Part shown: positions 33,586 through 42,664 of the stretch, in pieces
How positions within the stretch are numbered: the first letter of the stretch is position 1
Layout: each line of letters begins with the position of its first letter
NCBI GenBank assembly: GCA_963803435.1
Contig: CAWDML010000001.1
Span: forward strand, 160,001-224,000
Direction of reading: 5' to 3'
From: an uncultured delta proteobacterium
GTDB taxonomy: Bacteria > Myxococcota > Kuafuiibacteriia > Kuafuiibacteriales > Kuafuiibacteriaceae
Length of the DNA: 64,000 bases
Made by a program: the position numbers and the translations under genes
Notes under the pieces: model-generated
Seen by the model: the letters and a program-made list of their open reading frames with translations, nothing else
The model's database searches: none
What the model was told of the DNA's origin: nothing

Positions 33586-34419
33586 ATGGAAGATGCATCC
33601 CACGTATTTGCGTTCGTCCGTGTCGGCGGACTCTTCACCGCGTTCATCCTCCTCGCGGTGGTCTGGGTCGGCGGGCAGGTCCTGTCGCGCTCGTCGACCC
33701 GCCTGGGCGCGCGCTTCACCGATCGCCGGCTCCAGATCCAGCAGATCGGCACCTTCATCCGCTTCTTCCTCTACATCGCCGGGTTCATGGGCGCGCTGCT
33801 GCTCTCCTTCCGGCTCTCGGAGGAGATGCTGCTCGCCCTCGGCGGGACCATCGCCGTCACCGTCGGCTTCGCCTTCAAGGATCTGGCGGCGTCCATCATC
33901 GCCGGGCTGACGATCCTGATCGATCGACCGTTCCAGGTGGGCGATCGCGTCACCTTCGGCACCCACTATGGCGAGATCACCGCGATCGGCTTGCGCTCGG
34001 TCCGCCTGACCACGCTCGACGACAGCCTGGTCACCATCCCCAACAACAAGTTCCTGACCGACGCCGTCGCCAGCGGCAACGCCGGCGAGCTGAACATGCT
34101 GATCCAGATCGACTTCTTCATCGGCGTCGATCAGGACATCCGCCTGGCCAAGCGGATCGTCTCCGACGCGATCACCTCGAGCCGCTACGCGTTCCTCAAG
34201 AAGCCGTGGGCGGTCCTGGTCAACCAGGTCATCCAGGACAGCTACTTCGCGTTCCGGCTCCGCTCGAAGGTCTACGTCCTCGACGTCAAGTTCGAGAAGG
34301 CGCTGGAGACCGAGGTGACCGAGCGCGTGACGGAAGGCTTCCGCAAGGCCGGCATCCTTCCCCCGGCGATCCTCCATCGCTCGCTGGCCGAGGCCACCGC
34401 CGCCTCGCTCGCAGCCTGA
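33586..34419 (+). CDS. Small-conductance mechanosensitive channel (MscS family)
   Basis: VGFAFKDL, DRPFQVGDRV, IGLRSVRL, TIPNNKF; RBS AAGGAG. Confidence 0.92.
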   Translation: MEDASHVFAFVRVGGLFTAFILLAVVWVGGQVLSRSSTRLGARFTDRRLQIQQIGTFIRFFLYIAGFMGALLLSFRLSEEMLLALGGTIAVTVGFAFKDLAASIIAGLTILIDRPFQVGDRVTFGTHYGEITAIGLRSVRLTTLDDSLVTIPNNKFLTDAVASGNAGELNMLIQIDFFIGVDQDIRLAKRIVSDAITSSRYAFLKKPWAVLVNQVIQDSYFAFRLRSKVYVLDVKFEKALETEVTERVTEGFRKAGILPPAILHRSLAEATAASLAA

Positions 34420-34527
34420 CGCTGTAGCCCCCGATACTTCACCGGGTGACGCGGATCTCAGCGCGACCGACCGAGACCTGCGCGTTTGCTTGCGGAATCC
34501 GATCGGGAGCCGCCATCATTCGCTCCG

Positions 34528-36124
34528 ATGACGGTGAAGCAGCTCGCGACGGGAGCATACGGCAACTGGATCGACGCGCTGACGAACACGAACCGGCGCT
34601 GGGACGACGGCGCGGTCCAGACCCCGCGCGTGGGTTGGATCGGCTGGGGCGCGCAGGTGTTCGATCAGGTCGTCGGCCGCGACGGCGGGCCGAAGCTCGA
34701 GGATGAACCCAAGGCCTCCGAGCAGCAGGTGGCCGCCCGCGTGCGCGCGCACCTGATCCAGGGCTTGGCCAAGCTGGCCGCGCCCGACCTCGCGGGTGAC
34801 TTTCCCAAGGTCGCGTTCGGCCCCGAGCATCGGTCCGAGATCCGCCGAACGCTCACTGCGGTGGCGGAGCAGCTGGGCCGCGCCGGAGTCGCAGAGCTCG
34901 CAGGCGAGCGGCCGTTCGAGGCGCTCGCCACCCTGCCGCACGCGATCCTCGAGCGCGCGCTGGAGCGTCTAGGGAGCGCCGCCGGGTCGACGATCGCGCC
35001 GGCGGTCGCGCTGATGAGCTCCATGGATGCGCAGACGGTCCGCGATCCCGAGGCCTTCGCCCTCGACAAGCTGGCTGAGCTGGTCGGTAACGCGCGCCGC
35101 ACCGGAGCGGCGACGATCGAGCTCTCGAGCATTCGCGAGGGCGTGCACCGCGCGACGCTGGGCGTCGACAGCGGCGCGCTCAAAAGGCTCGGGATCGACA
35201 TCGCGCTCGAAGACGCGATCGTTCCTCCGAGAAAGATCTTCTATCGGACCCTGTCGCCGCTCGCGAAGCCCTCGGGCAAGGTCGTGATCCTTCCGCCTGG
35301 CTACTCCGAGACCGGCAGCAACATGCTCAAGCAAGCCGAGGAGCTGCGAAAGGATGGCCACTTCGTGGTCTGCCCCGACATGAAGTTCGATGGCTTCGGC
35401 GAGACCACCAGCGGAAGGTTCGAATCGCTGGTCCACGTCGCCCGCGACATCGCCGAGATCGCCCGGGCCGAGGGCGGCCGCGTCCTCCGCGAGGAGCTGG
35501 CCGGTCACCCCGAAGCCGAGATCATCCTCTCTGGCAACAGCACCACCGGCGGCGGCAGCATCCTGGCGGCGCAGCTCTTGAAGGCCGGCGCGTTCCGCGG
35601 CGAGCTCGAGGATCCTCCGCTCGGCAGGGTGCGCGTGGCCGTGGCCTCGCCCTACCTCGCCCCCTCCGAGCGGTTCCAAGCGCAGCTGGTCTCGAAGCTC
35701 GCGCACGCCCGCCCGCTCAGGCTCGTCACCAGCGCGCCGCTCCCGCCCGGATCACCGCTCCTCCCCATGCACCACGACCCGGCGACCAACCAGGAGATGG
35801 CGCAGGTCAGCCGCACCGAGGGACACCACTCTGCGATCGGTGCCTTCGCCGACTTCGACACGGGCCTGGCGCTGAGCCGCGCCCTGGCCGAGAAGGGCTT
35901 CTACCCCGCCGCGGTCACGGCCCACATCGACGCCCGCGACAAGGTGGCCTCCGCACCTGCGCTCCGCGAGTTCATCGAAGCGGCCGGCCGCGCCGGAAGC
36001 TTCGGGTACCTGCAGGTACACCGGCGCCGACGGCGACCACTCGGTGGTGCAGAACGACGTCGAGGCCCGCGTGCTGCCCGAGCTGATCGACGGCCTCCCG
36101 CCCCTGCTCACGCGCCAAGACTGA
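34528..36124 (+). CDS. Alpha/beta-hydrolase-like protein with a long N-terminal extension; frameshift near 36016
   Basis: ILPPGYSE, DGFGET, SGNS nucleophile-like elbow, DARDKV. The shifted frame gives YTGADGDHS...RQD* (candidate catalytic His). Confidence 0.55.
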
Positions 36125-36178
36125 TCTTGGTGGCGAGCTCTGGCTGCCCACCTTCAACGCTGCGATTCTAGTAGTCCC

Positions 36179-37351
36179 ATGCGCCGAATCGACGAGCTCA
36201 CGCTGCGCGATCGAGCGACCTTGATCCGCGTCGACTTCAACGTCCCCCTCCATTGCGGCGCCATCACCGACGACACGCGCATCCGTGCTGCGCTGCCCAC
36301 CATCCGTCATGCGATCAGCGACGGGGCGCGGATCGTGCTGGCGTCACATCTGGGCAATCCGGTCGGACGCGACGCCTGCCTCGGACTGGCGCCGGTCTGC
36401 CGCCGACTGATGGAGCTGCTCGGCACGCGAGTGGAGTTCGCGGAAGACTGCGTCGGTGCAACCGTGAAGGCGCGGATCGGAGCGCTGCGCCCGGGCGAGA
36501 TCCTCCTCCTGGAGAACCTCCGCTTTCACCCGGGCGAAGAGCAGAACGATCCCACGTTCGCGCGCGCGCTGGTCGATCAGATCGAAGTCTACGTCAACGA
36601 TGCGTTCGGGACGGCACAGCGAAGCCACGCGTCGATCATCGGTGCGCCGCAGCTGGTTCGCGAGCGCGGCGCCGGCTTCCTGGTGATGAAGGAGGTCGAA
36701 ACGTTTCGAAGCCTGTTCGAGCGACCGAAGCGCCCCTTCCTGGCCGTCGTCGGCGGGGCGAAGGTTTCGGACAAGATCCGCATGATCGACACCCTGCTCG
36801 ACCGATGCGACCAGGTGCTGGTCGGCGGCGCGATGGCCTACACCATCCTGGCGGCCCAGGGGAGATTGACCGGCCTCAGCCCCGTTCAGAGAGAGCGCTT
36901 CGACGAGGTCGCGCGGGTGCTGAGCCAGCCGAGACGGGCGAAGCTGCTGCTTCCGATCGACCATTTCGTCGCAGAGAGGTTCGAAGCAGAGGCGCCCTAC
37001 GAGATCGCCCGCGAGATCCCGCCGGGTCGAGTCGCCCTCGACATCGGCCCCGAGACGCAGCGGCTCTATCGAGACCGGCTCCGGTCGGCGGCCACCATCT
37101 TCTGGAACGGACCGATGGGCGTCTTCGAGTGGTCGGCCTTCTCCTCCGGGACCCGCGCGATCGCCGAGGCGATCACGGAGACAGATGCGATCTCGGTGGT
37201 CGGCGGCGGACACTCGGTGGCGGCGGTGAACGGCTTGGGTCTGGCTGGCTCCATCACGCACCTGTCCACGGGAGGCGGGGCGAGCCTGAAGATGATCGAG
37301 AACGGAACCCTCCCGGGGGTGCAGGCGCTCGAGCTCCTCGATGGTCGCTAG
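36179..37351 (+). CDS. pgk: Phosphoglycerate kinase homolog with altered substrate-binding residues
   Basis: RVDFNVP, LLENLRF, VNDAFG, GGAKVSDK, WNGPMGVFE, STGGGASL. Variants: SHLGNP (canonical SHLGRP), TAQR (canonical TAHR), GGGHS (canonical GGGDS/T). Confidence 0.85.
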   Translation: MRRIDELTLRDRATLIRVDFNVPLHCGAITDDTRIRAALPTIRHAISDGARIVLASHLGNPVGRDACLGLAPVCRRLMELLGTRVEFAEDCVGATVKARIGALRPGEILLLENLRFHPGEEQNDPTFARALVDQIEVYVNDAFGTAQRSHASIIGAPQLVRERGAGFLVMKEVETFRSLFERPKRPFLAVVGGAKVSDKIRMIDTLLDRCDQVLVGGAMAYTILAAQGRLTGLSPVQRERFDEVARVLSQPRRAKLLLPIDHFVAERFEAEAPYEIAREIPPGRVALDIGPETQRLYRDRLRSAATIFWNGPMGVFEWSAFSSGTRAIAEAITETDAISVVGGGHSVAAVNGLGLAGSITHLSTGGGASLKMIENGTLPGVQALELLDGR

Positions 37352-38669
37352 GCCCATACCGGTCAGCCGCACCTCACCGCGCGACAAGAACCGTCCGCAA
37401 TATCTCCTCGAGGTGGCGCTGGAGTGCGGGGAGATCGCGGATCTCGGCGTGATGGGCAGGCACCGAACGTTCCTGATCACCGGCCCGGAGCTGATCCGGC
37501 ACGTCTTCGAGCAGAACGCGACCAACTACTCCAAGAAGACCGCCCCCAGCTCGCGCTCCAGCCGCTTGCTCCTGGGCGACGGTCTCCTCGCCTCGGAGGG
37601 GGACACCAACCGTGCCCGGCGCAGGATGATGGCGGGTGCCTTCCGCCGCGAGTCGTTGATCGCGTTCCACCGGACGATGGCGCTGGTGGTGAGCGAGCTC
37701 GTTGCCGCGTGGCGCTCACGAGGTCAGGCGTTCGAGGTGGACGTCGCCGACGCGATGCGAGACCTGTCCCAGCAGATCGTCGTCCGCACCATGCTCGGCG
37801 GCGAATACATCGAGACGACTCGGAGAGCATGCGCGGCCTGGAAGACGCTCAGCGACTACGTCGGACGGAGCTTCCTGGCGCGCTTTCCCGTGCCCCTGTT
37901 CATCCCCACGCCCGACAATCGGCGCTACCTGAAGGCGCTCGCCGATCTCGACGCGAGTGTCTTCGAGATGATCGAGAGCTGCCGTCAGGGAAGGAAGAGC
38001 GGCATGCTGCTTTCGACCCTGGTGGCGGCGCTCGATCGCGACGAGATCACGCTGCAGGCCGTCCGCGACGAGATCACCAACATGTTCCTGGCAGGCCAGG
38101 AGTCGGTCTCGGCCTGCCTGACCTGGACCTGGTACCTCCTCGCGCGCGCTCCCGAGATCGCGAAAGCGGTCGAGGAGGAGCGCGACGCCCTGGCGGTGGA
38201 GACACCCTCCTATGACCAGCTGGGCGACCTCCCGTATCTCGGACGCGTGATCGAGGAGTCGTTGCGTCTGTATCCTCCCGGTTGGCTCGTCGACCGTCTC
38301 GCGCTCGAGGACGACAACGTCGGAGGATACCTCATCCCTGCCGGGTCGATGGTCCTGGTCTCGCAGTACGTGAGCCACCGCTTGCCGGACCATTGGGAGC
38401 GACCGAATGACTTCAACCCCGATCGTTTCTCAGACGCCACACCGGTGAGCCCGTACGTCTACTTCCCCTGGGGAATCGGCCGACATCTCTGCTACGGAAA
38501 GTCGTTTGCGGTCGTCGAGCTGAAGCTGATCATCGCCATGTTGGTAAGGCACTTTCGATTGTCGCTGCCATCGGGCGCGGGTGACGTCGAGGCGGTACCG
38601 AGCATCGCCTTCCGTCCACGCCACGGCCTCCCGATGGCGGTGATTGCGAAAGAACCGGGCATTCGCTAG
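37341..38669 (+). CDS. Cytochrome P450
   Basis: LAGQES, ESLRLYPP, PDRF, FPWGIGRHLCYG. Confidence 0.92.
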   Translation: MVARPIPVSRTSPRDKNRPQYLLEVALECGEIADLGVMGRHRTFLITGPELIRHVFEQNATNYSKKTAPSSRSSRLLLGDGLLASEGDTNRARRRMMAGAFRRESLIAFHRTMALVVSELVAAWRSRGQAFEVDVADAMRDLSQQIVVRTMLGGEYIETTRRACAAWKTLSDYVGRSFLARFPVPLFIPTPDNRRYLKALADLDASVFEMIESCRQGRKSGMLLSTLVAALDRDEITLQAVRDEITNMFLAGQESVSACLTWTWYLLARAPEIAKAVEEERDALAVETPSYDQLGDLPYLGRVIEESLRLYPPGWLVDRLALEDDNVGGYLIPAGSMVLVSQYVSHRLPDHWERPNDFNPDRFSDATPVSPYVYFPWGIGRHLCYGKSFAVVELKLIIAMLVRHFRLSLPSGAGDVEAVPSIAFRPRHGLPMAVIAKEPGIR

Positions 38670-38678
38670 ATAGGTTCA

Positions 38679-39098
38679 ATGCAGTTTGCACACATGCATC
38701 TGATGGTCGCCGACCTTCAGCGTTCGATCGACTTCTACGTCCAGCACCTGGGTTTCCGGCACACCGGCAACCAGCTCATCGCGGAGGGACGCTTCATCAC
38801 CGAGCACTGGATGGAGGCCGGCACCGAGATCGCCTTCGTGCGAGATCGCGACGGAGCGGAGATCGCGCTGGAGAAGACGGCCAAGGTGGAGAACATGCCG
38901 GCTTGGTTCCACTTCGGATTTCTACTGCCCGATGCACGCTCCGTAGAGACGCTCTATCACCGGATGAAAGAGAGCGGCGTGAAGATGCGCAAGCTGTCGC
39001 ACGAAGGCGATACCATCGGCTTCCGTTGCTATGATCCCGACGGCTACCTGCTGGAGTTCTGCCACGAGCCGGGTCGGATCGAGGCCGCCCGTGCTTGA
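38679..39098 (+). CDS. VOC/glyoxalase-family protein
   Basis: HMHLMVADLQRSIDFY, HFGF, YDPDGYLLE. Confidence 0.9.
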   Translation: MQFAHMHLMVADLQRSIDFYVQHLGFRHTGNQLIAEGRFITEHWMEAGTEIAFVRDRDGAEIALEKTAKVENMPAWFHFGFLLPDARSVETLYHRMKESGVKMRKLSHEGDTIGFRCYDPDGYLLEFCHEPGRIEAARA

Positions 39099-39897
39099 CC
39101 AAACCGTCCGCTTCTTCAACAGCCTGCGGATCGACCCTGCGGAGCTCCTGGCGCTGGAGAAGCTCGCCGAGCGAAAAGAGGACCTCGCGGTCTTCGTGTC
39201 GGGCTCCTTGGTCGAGGGTCTCGGCAACGAGACCTCCGACATCGACCTGTACGTGATCGGCGCCGTGCGTCCGATCGGTGATCGCGTGATCTCCAAGAAG
39301 AGCTTCATCTGCATCTCGAAGCACGAGATCGCGGGCCGGCGGGTCGACGTGGAGTTCTGGGAGCCGAAGCCGGTCAACGAGCTTGCAGAGCTCCTGGCGA
39401 GCGTCGTGGTGGATCGTGATCTCGACGCGTTCGAGTGCGAGGAGCTCGACTTCATGCATCGGGTCAAGCATGGCCTCCCGCTGATCGGCGACGCAAACTT
39501 CGCCCGCTGGCAGCAGAGGTTCGACCAGAAGAAGCTGGTCCGCTACACGCGCTATCGAGCCGAGGTGAACGTCCGCGACGTTCTCGAGGACCTCGAAGGC
39601 ATGCTCGCCGACCGTGATCTGGAAGTCGCCATGCTGCGATGTCAGGACCTGCTGGGCGATGTCTGCGAGTTCTCGCTTCGCAGCATCGGAGAGACCAACC
39701 CCAAGAGGAAGTGGAGCATCAAGCTCCTCGCCAAGTACCCCGACATCCCGTTCGCTCGAGAGGTCCGCGCCAGGTTCTGGAGCCTTCAGTTTCCCCAGAA
39801 CGAAGCGCTCCGCACCGATCCCACGGCCCAGGAAGAGTACGTCCGCTCCTGCATGCTGTTCGCCCAAGACATCCTCGATTCCGCCCCTGATGCCTGA
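39091..39897 (+). CDS. Pol-beta-type nucleotidyltransferase with a helical (HEPN-like) C-terminal domain
   Basis: VSGSLVEGLGNETSDIDLYV and RVDVEF; GTG at 39091. Confidence 0.78.
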   Translation: MLDQTVRFFNSLRIDPAELLALEKLAERKEDLAVFVSGSLVEGLGNETSDIDLYVIGAVRPIGDRVISKKSFICISKHEIAGRRVDVEFWEPKPVNELAELLASVVVDRDLDAFECEELDFMHRVKHGLPLIGDANFARWQQRFDQKKLVRYTRYRAEVNVRDVLEDLEGMLADRDLEVAMLRCQDLLGDVCEFSLRSIGETNPKRKWSIKLLAKYPDIPFAREVRARFWSLQFPQNEALRTDPTAQEEYVRSCMLFAQDILDSAPDA

Positions 39898-40990
39898 CCT
39901 CACCAAGGAGACTCCGCTCGAGCTGGCAACGCTCCTCAAGAGCGAGCTCGTCCGCTGTGGCTTCTCCGAGGCTGCGCTCCGGGGAGCACTGGTCACGCCG
40001 TTCCCGGCAGTGTTCGTGGCACCTCATCCGAAGTGGCTGAAGCCTGATGCGGTCGCTCACTTGCCGACACCGATCGCGCAACTCGCTCGGCTCTTTCTCC
40101 TGGGAGAGACGATCACGGCTTTCGACCTCTTCCCGACCGCCTTGATGGACCTCCTCGTCGAGTGGAGCTTCATCACCTTCGAACAGGGCCGGCTGACGGC
40201 GGAGGTGATGATCGTCCCGTGGGAAGATCTCCACATCGTCTGCGATCGCTACGATCGACGGCTCGACTACAGGCACGTCTTCATCCCCAACCACAGCACC
40301 CGTCTGGTCGAGCTCTTCCTCAAGCCGACCTCGGCCCCCGTTCTCGATGTCGGCACCGGCCCGGGGACGCTCGCGAGCGTGGCCGCGAAGGCCTCGCGAA
40401 ACGTCGAGGCGATCGACGTCTCTTCCCGGGCGATCGCATTCGCCCGCTTCAATCGCGCGCTGAACAGGACCTTTTTCGAGGCGAGGATCGACGACCTTGC
40501 CGCGCTCGCTCCACCGAGCGAATCGCTCGGTTTGATCCTCTGCAACGTCCCGGCGCATGGTGGAAAGCGCGAGCACCTGGCGCATGCGTTCGCCCATTCG
40601 AGAGCGGCGGATCTCTTCATCTCCTCTCTGATACGGGTCGCGAGCGACTGCCTGACCGCCCAGGGCGTCTGCGTCCTCGGACACGATCTTCTCCTCGACA
40701 GCGAGCCGACCACCTACTTTCGCAGCGTCGGCAACGAGCAGCTGTCCGGGGTCCGCGTCGATCTGGAGTTTCTCCCCTTCCTGACCTACGAGAGGTATCG
40801 ACGCTGCTTCTCGCTCCTGGTGCGCTCCCACGAAGCGAAGGTCATCCCGATCGCAGTGACGGACGACGAGGCCGCGCGAGCGCTCGCAACGGGCGATCCA
40901 TTTGCGGCGATCATCCGCACCATCGGTGATCGCGCGGACGCGCTCGGCGCGCCCCCGGCGATCCTGAGCTACTTGAACAGCGAGCCCTGA
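39890..40990 (+). CDS. Class I SAM-dependent methyltransferase
   Basis: VLDVGTGPG, AIDVSSRAIAFARFN, ILCNVP. Confidence 0.8.
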   Translation: MPDLTKETPLELATLLKSELVRCGFSEAALRGALVTPFPAVFVAPHPKWLKPDAVAHLPTPIAQLARLFLLGETITAFDLFPTALMDLLVEWSFITFEQGRLTAEVMIVPWEDLHIVCDRYDRRLDYRHVFIPNHSTRLVELFLKPTSAPVLDVGTGPGTLASVAAKASRNVEAIDVSSRAIAFARFNRALNRTFFEARIDDLAALAPPSESLGLILCNVPAHGGKREHLAHAFAHSRAADLFISSLIRVASDCLTAQGVCVLGHDLLLDSEPTTYFRSVGNEQLSGVRVDLEFLPFLTYERYRRCFSLLVRSHEAKVIPIAVTDDEAARALATGDPFAAIIRTIGDRADALGAPPAILSYLNSEP

Positions 40991-41011
40991 GAGTGCTATT
41001 GCGCAGAACGC

Positions 41012-42007
41012 ATGGCGACCAACCTGACGATCGAAGATGCCTGGGCCGAGATGGCGGACGGCCTTCACATTCAGCGTTGGTTCCTCGAGACCCGTCCAGA
41101 CAAGTTGAAACGGATCGAGCGGATGCTCACCGACCGCGGTGTCGGCGCTGAGCAAATCACCGCGATTCGCGCCTCGCTTCCCGACGGTATCGTCGAGCAC
41201 TTCTTGGATCCGCGCCAACCGGTGCCGCTGGATCAGGCGGTCGAAGCGCTGAGATTCTCCGAGATGGCGTCGTCGCTCGGGGGCGCAGCGGTGCTGCTGG
41301 TCCCCTCGAGCGCCTGCGTTCCGGGAGCCGTCCCGCTGATCGATCGCAGCAACCTGCCGGCCGCCGCGATCGCGCCGGATCCGTCGTTCAACGACGACGT
41401 CCTGGCCGTGTTGGACGCAGCCTCGACCGGGTATCTCTCGCAGCTCAACACGCGCGTGGTCGTGGAGGTCCCGCTGGTCGAGAATCCCGATACCGACGCC
41501 TACCTGGAGGAGGACCTCCTCCTCGACACAGTGATCGTTCCTGCCGGAGCGACGCCCTACGCGTACGCCGAGGATCTGGCGGCGCGCTCCGCAGCGCGGT
41601 TCTGGTTCTCCTTCCTCTTCTGCCGGCCGGACAACACTCCGCCTCCGCCGAAGACGTGGCGATCGCCCTGGTCGAAGGATCCGCGCAGCACGTACGCCAT
41701 GTACACCGAGATCACCGCCAAGGCGGTGCGCTATCGGATGCGCGATCGAATCTCCAGACTCGCCCCGGAGCTCATGACGAACGAGGAGCGCTCCACGTTC
41801 CGCGCTTCGCTGCAGCCGCTCCACGCCGAGCTCCTCAGCCAGGAGACGATGGTGGATCAGATCGAGCAGATCCTGTGCGAACCGAAGTCGGAGCCGGTTC
41901 CCTCCGACAACAACATGGATGTGGGGGACATCGTTTGCACGCTCTTCCCCGGGAAGAACCAGTGGCACAAGTACTGGCGCGGCGGCTGCGCCGGGCAGGC
42001 GGAGTGA
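41012..42007 (+). CDS. Hypothetical protein resembling an HExxH-domain protein but lacking the His ligands
   Basis: AEDLAARSAA at the HExxH position, followed by WRSPWSKDPR (compare SPWRxDPRP). Confidence 0.5.
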   Translation: MATNLTIEDAWAEMADGLHIQRWFLETRPDKLKRIERMLTDRGVGAEQITAIRASLPDGIVEHFLDPRQPVPLDQAVEALRFSEMASSLGGAAVLLVPSSACVPGAVPLIDRSNLPAAAIAPDPSFNDDVLAVLDAASTGYLSQLNTRVVVEVPLVENPDTDAYLEEDLLLDTVIVPAGATPYAYAEDLAARSAARFWFSFLFCRPDNTPPPPKTWRSPWSKDPRSTYAMYTEITAKAVRYRMRDRISRLAPELMTNEERSTFRASLQPLHAELLSQETMVDQIEQILCEPKSEPVPSDNNMDVGDIVCTLFPGKNQWHKYWRGGCAGQAE

Positions 42008-42010
42008 TCG

Positions 42011-42664
42011 ATGTCCGAGTACCCATTTCTCGCTCTCGAAGGGACCGACGGCGCCGGCAAGACCAGCCTGCGAAAGGTCGCTTTTCAAGCGCTCAAGCGG
42101 CAGGGACGGGAGCTCCTCACCACCACCCCGTTCTCCTGGCGCGACATGGAGGCCGCAGAGACGATCGTGATGGCTAAAGCCCACGCAGTCCCCACACCCG
42201 AGGCGCTGATCACCCGCGCCTACGTGCGCGACAAAGAGGTGCTCTCCGACCGGATCATCCGCCCGCAGCTCCGCTTCCGGCCGGTGCTCTCCGACCGATT
42301 CCTCGCCTCTGATCTCGTCTACCACCAGGTGCTCTGGCACATCCCGCCCGCCGAGACCTATCGCGCCTTCTGCAGCAGCCGGGTGCGCATGCCGGACGTG
42401 ATCGTCTTCGTCGATACTCCGCCGGAGATCGCGTTCGAGCGACTCGAGAAGCGCGGCACCGGCGGAAAGAACCGCTGGGACTACCTCGACAAGCAGAAGC
42501 GTCTGTACGAGCTGTTTTGCGAGGTCTTGTTCTCGGGCAACTTCCCTGCGCTGGGGAAGGTAGTCCGGATCGACAACTCGGGGGAGAAGGAGGAGACGGC
42601 GCGTGCCTTCCTCGACGCGCTCTCACCCATCCTGGGCGTCAGCCCGCTTCACCCAGAACCGTGA
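42011..42664 (+). CDS. Thymidylate-kinase-like P-loop kinase
   Basis: LEGTDGAGKTS, LSDRFLASDLVY, PDVIVFVD. Confidence 0.82.
   Translation: MSEYPFLALEGTDGAGKTSLRKVAFQALKRQGRELLTTTPFSWRDMEAAETIVMAKAHAVPTPEALITRAYVRDKEVLSDRIIRPQLRFRPVLSDRFLASDLVYHQVLWHIPPAETYRAFCSSRVRMPDVIVFVDTPPEIAFERLEKRGTGGKNRWDYLDKQKRLYELFCEVLFSGNFPALGKVVRIDNSGEKEETARAFLDALSPILGVSPLHPEP

Noticed and set aside
42011-42664. Housekeeping tmk
   Set aside because: Lacks the usual TREPGG segment and the holB context; it sits inside the biosynthetic operon.
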